From positions 124,579-180,585 of the forward strand of contig BLSG01000097.1 of assembly GCA_012862495.1 (NCBI GenBank): a stretch of DNA of 56,007 nt. The letters run 5' to 3'. Of this stretch, positions 1 through 10,427 are shown one piece after another. A program made the translations under genes and the position numbers. The notes beneath the pieces are model-generated. The model saw only the letters and a list, made by a program, of their open reading frames with translations. It ran no database searches and was not told where the DNA came from. Numbering within the stretch: the stretch's first letter is position 1; each line of letters opens with the position of its first letter. Origin of the DNA: Thraustochytrium aureum (Eukaryota).

Positions 1-654
1 CACTGATGACGTCCTGCAGCGACTCAAGTGCGTGGTGATGCCCTGGAAGGCCAACTTTTTCGAGGTGGTCGACGGCAAGCCCGACTTTTACGGGCCGTTC
101 TGGACGTGCGCGACGCTCGTATTTCTCATCGCCGTGACGGCCAACTTGGCAGCATGGTGGAGGAGCGACGCCGAGGCAGAGGAGCCCTGGCAGGACTTTA
201 CGGTGCTCTCGTACGGCGCCTCGCTAGTGTTTGGGTTTGCCGTGGCGATGCCGTTCGTGGCCTGGGCCTGCTTCACGTACCTTGGCGTATCGACGGCCAA
301 GATCACCTTTGCAGAGCTCGCGTGCGTCTACGGCTACTCGATTTTTGCGTTTCTTTTCGCCTGTGTGCTGTCGATGGTGCCGATCGCCGCGTTCCAGCTC
401 GCGGCAGTGGTCCTGGCGCTGGGGTGCTCGGCCACCTTTCTGCTGCGCAACCTGTGGGCACGGCTCGGGGCCAGCGAGAACGGTGGCTACATGCCGCCGA
501 TGTCGACGGCCTCTGGGGGAGGACCCCCGAGGCCGGCCCACTCGTGGTTGAGCCGCCGAACCGCCGCGTGGCCGGCATCTTGTTGGTTGGGCTGTTGGGC
601 TTGCACGTCGTGTTCGCGATGATCCTCAAGTTTCAATTTTTTGTCAGTGCATGA
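1..654 (+). CDS. Yip1-domain Golgi membrane protein (YIPF1/2-like), 5'-partial, frameshifted near 514-528
   Basis: The frame from position 2 reads TDDVLQRLKCVVMPWKANFF..KPDFYGPFWTCATLVF..CVYGYS, which matches YIPF1/2 motifs. The last TM helix (VAGILLVGLLGLHVVFAMILKFQFF) lies in the 28..654 frame. The join falls in the GGGGG/CCCCC runs. Confidence 0.85.
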
Positions 655-2836
655 TGAGGAAAAGGTATCCGGTGAGCGTGCCCGCGCATGTGCAGTGCTC
701 AATGCGAGCAAGCGAGCGAGCGAGCGAGCGCGACGGCGCGCGAAGCCGGACAGCTGTGTGGGCGGAGGCGGTTGCGCACGGGCCGAGTCGGCGCCCAGGC
801 TGCCCTTTGAAGGCACAGACGAGCGGCCGGCTCGCTTTCCGGCGCGCCTCGGCCCCTCGTGAGTCGGTCGCCGCGGGCTGTCCCAAAACAACAATTTTTC
901 AACGCCTGGAGGGTCTTTGATGAGCGTTTCTTGCTGTTGACAGTGCGACGCCCCGGAGTTGGCCGTTTCGCGCCGAAACGGCCGCCATCGAGGATCAAGA
1001 GGATCAATCACCCTCCGCCGCTCCTGCTGCCGCCTGCCGACAGCTCGGGCTTTACCTCGAGGGCGCCAACCTACCAATTTCCTTGCAACTCCCAAATCCA
1101 TCGGGGTCACTTGCATCCAGATCAAGCCGCTCCAAACTTCGTAGCGCTTCGTCAGAACGCGCGCACAACCCGCGGCTGAACCTTGTGAGCCCGGTCTGCG
1201 CGGTCAGGTCACCGCCAAACAGGCCGCTCTGCGGGCTCATGCATTGCTGGCGGCCACTCGAATCCGGGGTGTACGCCCGTGCAGCGTACAAGACCCGGCG
1301 AATTACATAAGGCCAAGGTTGCAGTTTTTGGCGGCGCACGAGTCGGTTTTTTCTGCGCGCACCTGTGAGCCCCTCCCTCAATAGCGGTTTTCGCTCCAAA
1401 AACGCTAATTTATAATTTTCAAAAAGTAGTCCGAAAACGGGGGAACAAAAACCGGCGAGTTTGAGCCTTTAGTTCAGGTTTTCGCGTTTCCGGCTCAAGG
1501 TTTTCCTCAAGTATTCGCCCGCGTTTGCCTTCTCCGACGATTTGTTTTACCCACGGTTTTCCTGCATCGCAAATTCGAGTTGTGGGGTGCAACACCGCTG
1601 CATGTTTAGTGGCTCCGTCAGACTTACTTCCCGCCTGCACCCGCGGGGCCCCCCTGGCGCGACCTCCGTCGAGTCCGCGTAGGCCTTGGGCGCAGCAAAG
1701 GCCTGCTGCCCGGCGCCTCATGCGTTGCCCCGGAGTCCGGCCAGCCAGGTCGTCAGCGCTTGCTTTTCTGTCGTCCTCGCGCTGCTGTGATTAGGCTGTT
1801 TATCGACGAGACGAGACGAGCCAGCAGCAGCTTTCCTGCGCCGCTGGACGTGCTGGCCTTGCTGGGCGCGAGTTCTTCAGGAAGACCGCAGAGCACCTGT
1901 AGGTAGGTAGGAGTACGAGTTCGTTCCGGTGGCAGGCCTGCCCGCGTCTACCTACTCGACCACCACCGGTCACGGACGTACCGCTTCCGAGCACTACGAG
2001 TACATCTACTCTACTCGTGCGAAACGGTCGCCGAGCAAGGCAGCGGCCTCGAAAACGAGTCGAGCGCTCCGCGTCGCCCGCCTGCTCCGCATCGCCCGCC
2101 CTGCTCCGCGGCGTCCTTCTCGTTGACTGGCTGGCTGGCCCATGAGCCTGGCTCAGGCTGGCTCATGGAGCCTGGCTGGCTCATGATCGCTCAGTCGTGA
2201 GCCCGGCTGGCTGATCTGATCTGATCGGCGGAGTTGGNNNNNNNNNNNNNNNNNNNNNNNNNNNNNNNNNNNNNNNNNNNNNNNNNNNNNNNNNNNNNNN
2301 NNNNNNNNNNNNNNNNNNNNNNNNNNNNNNNNNNNNNNNNNNNNNNNNNNNNNNNNNNNNNNNNNNNNNNNNNNNNNNNNNNNNNNNTCTGATCTGATCG
2401 GCGGAGTTGGTACTCGAGTACGAACGATCAAAGCAGGCGAAAGCATCCGAGCACGCACGAGAAGGCCAGCCTGCAGAGCCCGCCCGACTCCGAAGCGGGC
2501 AGCAAGCCAGCGCTGCGCAGCCCCAGCGTCGCCCAGCGTCGCCCAGCGTCGCCCAGCGGCCCGGAGCCAGGGCCGCGCCTGCAAATCCAACCCCAGTCTG
2601 GACCACGTGGGCCACCATCACCTGCCAGCGCCTGCTCTTGGCCTGCGCTTCCGCCGCGGCCCAACCTCCGAGAGGCGCTCTCATTCCGCCGAGAGGCGTC
2701 CTGCCCTCCCTGCCGCCCTCCGAAGCAAACTCGCCTCCGCGACCTCCTAGCGGGTTCCCGCGCAGCAGGGCCCCTGAGGAGCGCAGCGCGTGAGGCGACG
2801 AGGGCCCTGAGGGGACACTGTTGTAGGGGAAGTAGG

Positions 2837-2912
2837 CCGTGAGGGGAGGCGGTTGTGAGGCGGAGGAGGCCATGAGGGGGAGGTTGTGAGGCGGAGGAGG
2901 CCATGAGGGGGG
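2837..2912. repeat. Short tandem repeat (~30-bp unit, about 2 copies)
   Basis: GGTTGTGAGGCGGAGGAGGCCATGAGGGGG occurs twice in tandem. Confidence 0.8.
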
Positions 2913-3082
2913 CCGCAATGTGAAGCGAGCGAGAGAGCGACAGAGCAACAGGCAGTCAGCCCGCCAGCCAGCCAGCCAGCAGGACGCCAGCCGCGCAGGA
3001 GAGCGGTGAGGGCGAGACAGACTCCGAAACGCCATTGACGCGGTGTGCGGCCGTGCACGGTGCGTGGTGGCGAGAGCGTGGG

Positions 3083-3155
3083 TGCCTGCCTGCCTGCCTG
3101 CCTGCCTGCGTGCCTGCGTGCCTGCGTGCGTGCGGGCTTGCCTGCGTGCGTGCGT
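3083..3155. repeat. (GCCT)n/(GCGT)n microsatellite upstream of the 3248 gene
   Basis: Tetranucleotide runs are directly visible. Confidence 0.85.
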
Positions 3156-3247
3156 GAGTGATTGAGCGAGTGCGGCGCGTTGCTGGCCGTCGCCGACGCG
3201 CCCTCGGGCGTGGGTGGATTGGGCGACTTGCGAGCCGCCCTGCCGTG

Positions 3248-3740
3248 ATGGGGTTCATGGACGGGCTCGGCGGGCAACGCAAGAGCAGGCGCAGCCTGCG
3301 CCTGAACGTAGGCGATCTGGAGCTTGTGCCAGAAGACGAGGTGAGCTCGGCCAAGCGCGAGAAGAGGCGCGACGCCGACCGCGCACAGGGGGAGGGCGCG
3401 GAGAAGGACAAGGACAAGCAAGCTGCGCAGGGCGGGCAGCAGACGCCAAGGCCGCGCGAAAAGCGCAAGAGCGTGCACCGGAGGAGCCAGTCTTTTGCGC
3501 AGCTGAGGTGGTCCAAGCTGTTTCGCAGCTCCTCGCGCGGGCAGCCGCAAGGGTCCGAGGAGGGCGACGCAGAGGCAGCAGAGACAGATCACAACGCCAG
3601 TAAATTCCGCGAGGCGGGATCCGACCAAGGCTCTGATCTCAGTGACGAGCTCGAGCTCGACGAGGACGGCCTGCCCAAGCTGCATCTCTCGCTGGATCGG
3701 CTGGTCCCCAAGCCCCTCCCCTTGGGACGACGTGGAGTGA
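3248..3740 (+). CDS. Hypothetical hydrophilic, low-complexity protein
   Basis: MGFMDGLGGQRKSRRSLRLNVGDLEL... with GC3-rich codons. It probably ends ..PLPLDDVE* at 3740 after a +1 shift in GGG (3724-3726); otherwise the ORF runs to 3928. Confidence 0.5.
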
Positions 3741-4367
3741 GCCGCCTGGCTCGATCCGTTGTCCCATTCTATTCCTGCGAACGACCGTCGCTGCCGCCGC
3801 TTCTGCAGGGCGCGCGTCGTGGTCCTGTAGCTCTTCGTTCCGCTTGCACCTCGTGCGCCGACCTGCGTGCTCCACGCTGCGTGGATGGCAGGCCGCCTGG
3901 GCGTGCAAGCCTCTTTGCCTCCCTTTGACCCCTGCGTAATACTCTCTGAACATACGGCGACCGGGTTGCCCGAGCGTCCCCTCGGGTTCCCGGCGCGCCC
4001 GCATTGAACCTCAAACCATGTTTTGTTTCCACAAGCGCCCAATCCTTGCTGCCGACAGCAGCCGCACTCTACCAGGTCCGACCCTTGGCCGTTCGGCAAC
4101 ATCATGCGGCAAGTCTGCGCGGTTTGTGAGGTCAGCCTCACTCGGACCACTTGCTGCTCTCGCTCTCGCGATGCGCACGTAAGCTCGATCAACTGCCCGC
4201 ACCGCGGCGCTCCTCGGCGACTCTGCGCGGCCAGCAGCACTCGCGGCACGGCCTCCCGAAGGTCGACCGTCGTCGAGCGTCTCGACTCTCGAGTGCCTGC
4301 GACTCGCACTCTCGTGTTCAACCAGCAAGGGCAGACCGCGAAAGCAACGCCCGAAGAAGGGCGAAGG

Positions 4368-5138
4368 ATGCGCGTTGCGAGACTGCTGGCTTGCACAGGA
4401 GCGAGACGCGCGGGACTGGGCCGGACGCCGCTGCTGCAAGCGCTCGGACAGCAAGGGGCCTGGCGAGGGGAGGGAGCTGTCAGCGCAGCCCTGCCGTCGC
4501 TCACGCGCACGATGAAGGTCTACACGAAGAACGGCGACGGCGGGCGGACGCAGCTGTTCACGGGCGAGATGCGCCCCAAGTCGAACGTGCTGCTCTCAGT
4601 GCTCGGCGACATCGACCAGGTCAACTGTCAAGTCGGCGTAGCGCTGATCCACGTCGACAACGAGGACGTCGTGAACGAGCTCACGTTTATCCAGTCGCGG
4701 CTCTTCGACCTTGGCGCCTGCGTGGCCACGCCACGCACGGGCTCCAAGCACAAGGTGGCGCGGGCCTCTTTTGACCCCTGCCACGTCGAGCGCCTCGAAG
4801 CTGCCATTGATCGCATGGACGCAACCCTGCCTCCGTTGACTACGTTTATTCTGCCTGGCGGCGGCGCTGCTGCGGCCCACTTGCACCTCGCGCGCGCCTT
4901 TGCGCGCCAGGCCGAGCGCACCTTTTGGGCCCTGGCGCACTCTGAGGCGGACAACGACGCGGTGGATCAGAATGTGGGCGTCTACCTCAACCGGTTGAGC
5001 GACTACTTCTTCGTTGCAGCACGCTTCATGTCCAATGAGCAAGGGCGCGCGGAGGCCAAGTGGGAAAAGTGGGTAAAGCCGGCAGATGCTGTTGGCGTAG
5101 AGCCGTCGAGCACTGGCGCAGAGCAGCCCAGCGCTTGA
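4368..5138 (+). CDS. MMAB: Cob(I)alamin adenosyltransferase (PduO/MMAB type), probably mitochondrial
   Basis: Motifs KVYTKNGDGGRT, LGDIDQVN, IQSRLFDLGA, FILPGG, LHLARAFARQAER and YLNRLSDYFFVAAR. An Arg-rich, acid-poor extension from ATG 4368 resembles a presequence; the core starts at ATG 4512. Confidence 0.93.
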   Translation: MRVARLLACTGARRAGLGRTPLLQALGQQGAWRGEGAVSAALPSLTRTMKVYTKNGDGGRTQLFTGEMRPKSNVLLSVLGDIDQVNCQVGVALIHVDNEDVVNELTFIQSRLFDLGACVATPRTGSKHKVARASFDPCHVERLEAAIDRMDATLPPLTTFILPGGGAAAAHLHLARAFARQAERTFWALAHSEADNDAVDQNVGVYLNRLSDYFFVAARFMSNEQGRAEAKWEKWVKPADAVGVEPSSTGAEQPSA

Positions 5139-5394
5139 TTCTAAGACGGGCCCGCTCCTCGCAGCGAAGAGATGGTGATTCACTTTCCTCGGTTCTGAAC
5201 TGCAAGCGAACGGGCGGCGCTCGGCTTGGCCTCAAGGAGCAGCCCAGCAGCTGGCTTGACGAGCGAATAGCTCCAAATAACGCAACAACGCAACAACGAG
5301 ACGTCTCGCTTTCCTTGGTTCTGAAATGCCTCTTGCCGGCGCACAACTGTCCGCTCCAGACGGCCCATTCGCAGCTGGGGCCAGCCCGCGAGAG

Positions 5395-7434
5395 CTACTC
5401 GACCGAGCACGGTGCAAAGGCGATCACGGCCTCGCCGCGAAGCAGTCGCTTCGGGAGCGACCTGGCCGTAATCGTGCACCCTTCGTGCGGGCACAGGTGA
5501 GGGAAGGCAAGGACCCGGCCTCGGCGCGGGGCCACCTTGGCCATCTGCTGCCACGGGGCGCTGTCCCCGATCATCGACGCGTCCGGGATCTTTTTGAGCA
5601 GTGCCGTCTCGCCGCCCTCTTCACAGTCGTCCAAGTAGACAATTATGGTGTGCGTGGACCGCGGCCCGCCCGGCGACTCCTGGCGGGACAGGTCCACGTG
5701 CGGCGCGAGGTACAGTCCCTCTCGATCGTACACGAGAAAGCGCAAGTTGCGGAACAGCGACACGCGCGCCCCGGGCCCAGCGCCCGCGAGCAAGGCGGCC
5801 TCCACGGCGCGACTGACCCAGCCGGTGCTGTCGCTCAAGTAGCTGCGATGGGAGCACTCTTGCTTGGCCTTGACTTCGACCGCAAATGGGATGCTCGCGC
5901 AAAGCCCCTCCAGGCGCGCGAGGGCAGCGGCCCCGACACCGCCGTCAACCAAGAAGGACCCCGNNNNNNNNNNNNNNNNNNNNNNNNNNNNNNNNNNNNN
6001 NNNNNNNNNNNNNNNNNNNNNNNNNNNNNNNNNNNNNNNNNNNNNNNNNNNNNNNNNNNNNNNNNNNNNNNNNNNNNNNNNNNNNNNNNNNNNNNNNNNN
6101 NNNNNNNNNNNNNNNNNNNNNNNNNNNNNNNNNNNNNNNNNNNNNNNNNNNNNNNNNNNNNNNNNNNNNNNNNNNNNNNNNNNNNNNNNNNNNNNNNNNN
6201 NNNNNNNNNNNNNNNNNNNNNNNNNNNNNNNNNNNNNNNNNNNNNNNNNNNNNNNNNNNNNNNNNNNNNNNNNNNNNNNNNNNNNNNNNNNNNNNNNNNN
6301 NNNNNNNNNNNNNNNNNNNNNNNNNNNNNNNNNNNNNNNNNNNNNNNNNNNNNNNNNNNNNNNNNNNNNNNNNNNNNNNNNNNNNNNNNNNNNNNNNNNN
6401 NNNNNNNNNNNNNNNNNNNNNNNNNNNNNNNNNNNNNNNNNNNNNNNNNNNNNNNNNNNNNNNNNNNNNNNNNNNNNNNNNNNNNNNNNNNNNNNNNNCA
6501 ACTTGACTAGTGGCACGTGTCCTTTCCAGCAAGCCAGAAAGAGGGCCGTCTGGCCGTACTCGTTCGGCCCGTCGACATCCACGCCGGCGAGAATCAGCCA
6601 GTGCACTCGGTATGCGTTGCCCTCCTCTACGGCCAAAAACAACTTGCTTTGCCGCTTCGCCTGCGACTCGGAGAGCATCAGCCTTGCCGCGGCGGCCTTT
6701 GGCAAAGCGCTAAACTTTGGCTTTTTCACCTTTGACTCGTCCCCGGTCAGGCCGGCAAACAGCTCAAGCGAGCGAGCGCGAACCGCCGCAGGCCCCCCCG
6801 TCAGCGCAGGCGGCACGAGGTCGTCTGCTTGCCGCACGCTACAGTGCGGGCAAATCAGGTCCAAGTCGTGCTTGACCACGCCCTCTGAGGCGCATGGCCA
6901 GCAAACGAGGTGGGCGCATCGCGGCCACACGCAGGCGACGTCGCGCCGCAGCTCCCCTCCACAGCTCGAGCACCTGCCGCTCGAGCCTTGGAGGGAACGG
7001 CCTCGTAGCAGAGCTCTAACCAAGTGCTGAACGACCCAGACGCGCGTCGCAATGTTTCCCTTGTCGAGTCGCTCGAGCAGCTCTGCGGGCCCTGCGAAAG
7101 CCCGGGCCCCGGCGACAAGCAGCGCCTTTACGATAGAGTCTCTCTCGCCAGCCCAGCACGCAAACTCGAGGAGGCTGCATTCTGCGGGCGCGCGGCCCCA
7201 CTCCGGCACCTCTTCCCCAACAGCCCTCGCCGCGAGCTCGCCTCGGAGTGCGGCCCTGTGATCCAGCTCCAGCTCGCTCAGCACGGCGAGCGAAAACTTG
7301 GCCGTCAGCTTGTTCACGATGCGCTCAAGCCAAGCGTCCAGCTCGTCCTGCGTGGGCCGCCGCCGCGCCACCAGTCCAGCCTGGACCTCAAACACGGTCT
7401 TCTGGAAGGCAATCTGCCGCCGCGAGAGCCCCAT
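5395..7434 (-). CDS. Ankyrin-repeat + RING-like zinc finger + C-terminal 2OG-Fe(II) oxygenase (P4H-like) protein; internal gap
   Basis: Ankyrin motifs LLEFACWAGERDSIVKALLVAGA and GVDVDGPNEYGQTALFLACWKGHVPLVKL. RING-like CSSC..CAHLVCWPC..CPHC. Oxygenase motifs LAPHVD..TIIVYLDDCEEGGET..PRRGRVLAFPHLCPHEG..K. The gap 5964-6498 lies between the halves. Confidence 0.7.
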   Translation of the reverse strand: MGLSRRQIAFQKTVFEVQAGLVARRRPTQDELDAWLERIVNKLTAKFSLAVLSELELDHRAALRGELAARAVGEEVPEWGRAPAECSLLEFACWAGERDSIVKALLVAGARAFAGPAELLERLDKGNIATRVWVVQHLVRALLRGRSLQGSSGRCSSCGGELRRDVACVWPRCAHLVCWPCASEGVVKHDLDLICPHCSVRQADDLVPPALTGGPAAVRARSLELFAGLTGDESKVKKPKFSALPKAAAARLMLSESQAKRQSKLFLAVEEGNAYRVHWLILAGVDVDGPNEYGQTALFLACWKGHVPLVKLXXXXXXXXXXXXXXXXXXXXXXXXXXXXXXXXXXXXXXXXXXXXXXXXXXXXXXXXXXXXXXXXXXXXXXXXXXXXXXXXXXXXXXXXXXXXXXXXXXXXXXXXXXXXXXXXXXXXXXXXXXXXXXXXXXXXXXXXXXXXXXXXXXXXXXXXXXXXXXXXXXXXXXXXXXXXXXXXXXXGSFLVDGGVGAAALARLEGLCASIPFAVEVKAKQECSHRSYLSDSTGWVSRAVEAALLAGAGPGARVSLFRNLRFLVYDREGLYLAPHVDLSRQESPGGPRSTHTIIVYLDDCEEGGETALLKKIPDASMIGDSAPWQQMAKVAPRRGRVLAFPHLCPHEGCTITARSLPKRLLRGEAVIAFAPCSVE

Positions 7435-8125
7435 CCTCCGCCTCAACGCGCGCTTCGCCCGCGCCGCAGAACCAACAAGCGAGCGCAGCGGCGCCAGCGG
7501 CCCAGCAGCCTGCCGCGCTCGCGCGCTGCTGAGCGCCCGCCGCGCAGGCAAGAAAAGGGATCTGCTCGACCTTNNNNNNNNNNNNNNNNNNNNNNNNNNN
7601 NNNNNNNNNNNNNNNNNNNNNNNNNNNNNNNNNNNNNNNNNNNNNNNNNNNNNNNNNNNNNNNNNNNNNNNNNNNNNNNNNNNNNNNNNNNNNNNNNNNN
7701 NNNNNNNNNNNNNNNNNNNNNNNNNNNNNNNNNNNNNNNNNNNNNNNNNNNNNNNNNNNNNNNNNNNNNNNNNNNNNNNNNNNNNNNNNNNNNNNNNNNN
7801 NNNNNNNNNNNNNNNNNNNNNNNNNNNNNNNNNNNNNNNNNNNNNNNNNNNNNNNNNNNNNNNNNNNNNNNNNNNNNNNNNNNNNNNNNNNNNNNNNNNN
7901 NNNNNNNNNNNNNNNNNNNNNNNNNNNNNNNNNNNNNNNNNNNNNNNNNNNNNNNNNNNNNNNNNNNNNNNNNNNNNNNNNNNNNNNNNNNNNNNNNNNN
8001 NNNNNNNNNNNNNNNNNNNNNNNNNNNNNNNNNNNNNNNNNNNNNNNNNNNNNNNNNNNNNNNNNNNNNNNNNNNNNNNNNNNNNNNNNNNNNNNNNNNN
8101 NNNNNNNNNNNNNNNNNNNNNNNNN

Positions 8126-9537
8126 CGAAGCAGGCAAGGCAACAAGCTTCACCTCGCCGGTCAAGGGCGCCAAGGGCAGCGTGGAGCTCAACGCGGGCAA
8201 GCTTGCCCGCAAACTGGTCGCCAACAGCGTAGTCAAGCCCACGGCGCTCGCCAGCAACGACCAGTTCAGCAAAGAGTGCCTCATGCGCAAGTACCAGGTT
8301 TGCGTCGTGCTCGCCAAAAAGGGAGGCATCGAGCGCGTCGCAAGCGCCAAGCTGTCGCGGCTTTTGGCCGAAGCGCGCGCCAACCGGTTCGCGCGGCTCT
8401 TCTACGTCGACACCAGCAAGCACACCCTCTCCCTCGACAGCGCGCTGCCCACCCTCCAGGACGAAGCGCTCGTGGCCTTTCGCCGGAAGGACTTTGTCTT
8501 CAGCAGCGACCCGGCGCACGCGCCGCCGTCATCCAAGCCAAAGCCAAAGCCGAAGGAGGCTGCTGGGGACGCGGACAAGGCCTCGCCGCGCGACCCCCTC
8601 GCGGTGTCCGGCTCTGAGTTTCCGTCGAGTTCGATTGGCGGCGGCGTTGTCGCGCTGTCCAGCGGGCTCAAAATGGTCGCCAAAGCGCAGAGCGCCGAGG
8701 ACCGGCTAGCAGCATTTCTCAAGTACCAGGTTGTGGCCCCCTTCAGCTGCGCTCGAGCTCAAGCCGCCCAAGGGCTCGAGCGGGTCCCTGGCCGTGCTCA
8801 TACGCCCGAGCTCAACGTCCAGCCAAGGATTTGTGCTCGACTGGGCCGCCGCAGCGCCGCACGTTCTTAGGGTCGCCGCGTTCGGGGANAGCGGGCTTCC
8901 AGGCGCGAAAGNGCTCGCCAAGCTGCAGGAGCCAGCCTGGCCAGGGCCGCGGGCAAAGGGGCCCCTCCTCGAGCAAGTCCAAGGCTGTGGAGGGCCACTA
9001 TGTGGGAGTGCACGCGCAGGGTCTCGGGAGCGACACCGACGTTGCTGCGTTTTGCGCTCGGCTCTCACAATGAAGGGCTCGAAGCACTTCCTGCCCTTCG
9101 CCAAGCGCCCCATGCTCTCCAAGCGGGTCACCAAGCCCAGCGCCCCGTCGCCGTCGCGCTCAAAGTCCGCTTCTTCCAAGCCGCCACCCGCGGCGCGCTC
9201 CAAGGCTCCCGCCGGCGGGTCCTCTGCGGACAAGACCAAGGAGCAGATTGAGCGCGAGTTTCGCCGGCGGCAGGAGATGGAGGAAGAAGCGCTTCGCTCT
9301 GGCGTGTACGCGATGCCGCAGGAAGATGACGAGCCGAGCGATCTCGACGACGACCAAGACGACGACAGCGCGGACGATCTCGATGCTGTCGAGGAGATCA
9401 CGCTCGACGACGAGGAGGCAGGGGACGAGGGACAAGATGGGGACGAGTCTGAGGGCGAGGAGGACGATGGCTTTGACGAGGAGGGGGACGACGAGGACGA
9501 AGACGACCCCCAAGGCGAGGCGTGCGAGACGGATTGA
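8126..9537 (+). CDS. Hypothetical protein with a highly acidic C-terminal tail; 5' end in the gap, several frameshifts
   Basis: Coding-like segments run in successive frames (8181-8740, 8731-8940, 8950-9070, 9070-9537) and end in EQIEREFRRRQEMEEEA..DDEDEDD. Ambiguous n bases at 8889 and 8912 show low quality. The segment 9070-9537 could be a separate small gene. Confidence 0.5.
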
Positions 9538-10180
9538 CAGAGCCATCGCGTCCCAGGTCTAGCGTAGCTTAGCCAAGCGTCAGGAACGTTTGAAATATGT
9601 GCTTACCTAAACTAGCGAGCCTCGACGGCGCTACGGGAGCAAACGCGCACCGTAGACGATGCCGCCCTGTGCCGCGCTCACACGTCAAACCCTTCACTCC
9701 GCAAGCAGGCCTTGTGAGCCTCGATCAGCTCCTTGCAGTGCTCTTCGCCCTTGACCACGACGCACTCATCCCGCGGCCGCCTCGTGTCAGGGCACGAGCA
9801 GCATATCTTCTTGCCCGACTTGCCAACCACCTGCAGCGAGCCGCGAGCGCGTCAGCGACCAGCAGGGCCTCGGGACCTCGCCTTGCCGCACCGCGCTGCA
9901 AATTCCCGAGACCGATCCCGCCACCCCACAGCTGAGCGCCCTGCGCCAGGGCCGTGCAATCCCAAACTCACCGGTCCTTTGCCTGCTGGCGCCGTGCACT
10001 TCTCCTGGGAGTCGCTCATCGTTGCCGTCGTTCGTGCGCTTCACTCGGGCTCCGCAAGGAATGGTACTCTGCGGGAGCGTCTCGAACGTGCCTGCGAGTC
10101 TGTCGCGCCACATTCTCGCGCCAATCGTTGTGCAACTCCGGCGAAACGCGGTGCACGAGCCATCCTAAACGCAGGCCCAG

Positions 10181-10427
10181 GTTTGGCGGTAGAGCCGGCT
10201 GAAGCTCGACCGAGGGCAGGGGGTACACGTACTCGGAACGATGATTATATGAGTGCTTGGTGCTGCGCTCTCGTGCTGCCGTCGCGACCGCCCTAGGGCG
10301 CAGAGTTTGGCGGTAGAGCTGGCTGAAGCTGCCTGGCTGCGACGCCAGGGCAGGGGGTACACGCGCTCGGATTGATGATCATGTAACTTGCTTGGTGCTG
10401 CGCTCTCGTGCTGCCGTCGCGACCGCC
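10181..10427. repeat. Diverged tandem duplication of a ~120-bp non-coding unit
   Basis: GTTTGGCGGTAGAGC.GGCTGAAGCT..GGGCAGGGGGTACACG..CTCGGA..GATGAT..TGCTTGGTGCTGCGCTCTCGTGCTGCCGTCGCGACCGCC occurs at 10181-10292 and 10305-10427. Confidence 0.85.

Noticed and set aside
1240..1285. tRNA suggested by TCGAATCC
   Set aside because: No cloverleaf stems or D-loop consensus surround it.
1314..1597. hAT/MITE element bounded by CAAGGTTGCAG and GTGCAACACCG
   Set aside because: Only about 7 of 11 bases match as an inverted repeat, and there is no target-site duplication.
2747..4510. 587-aa minus-strand ORF
   Set aside because: It is an antisense shadow of GC-rich coding and microsatellite DNA, with no domain motifs.
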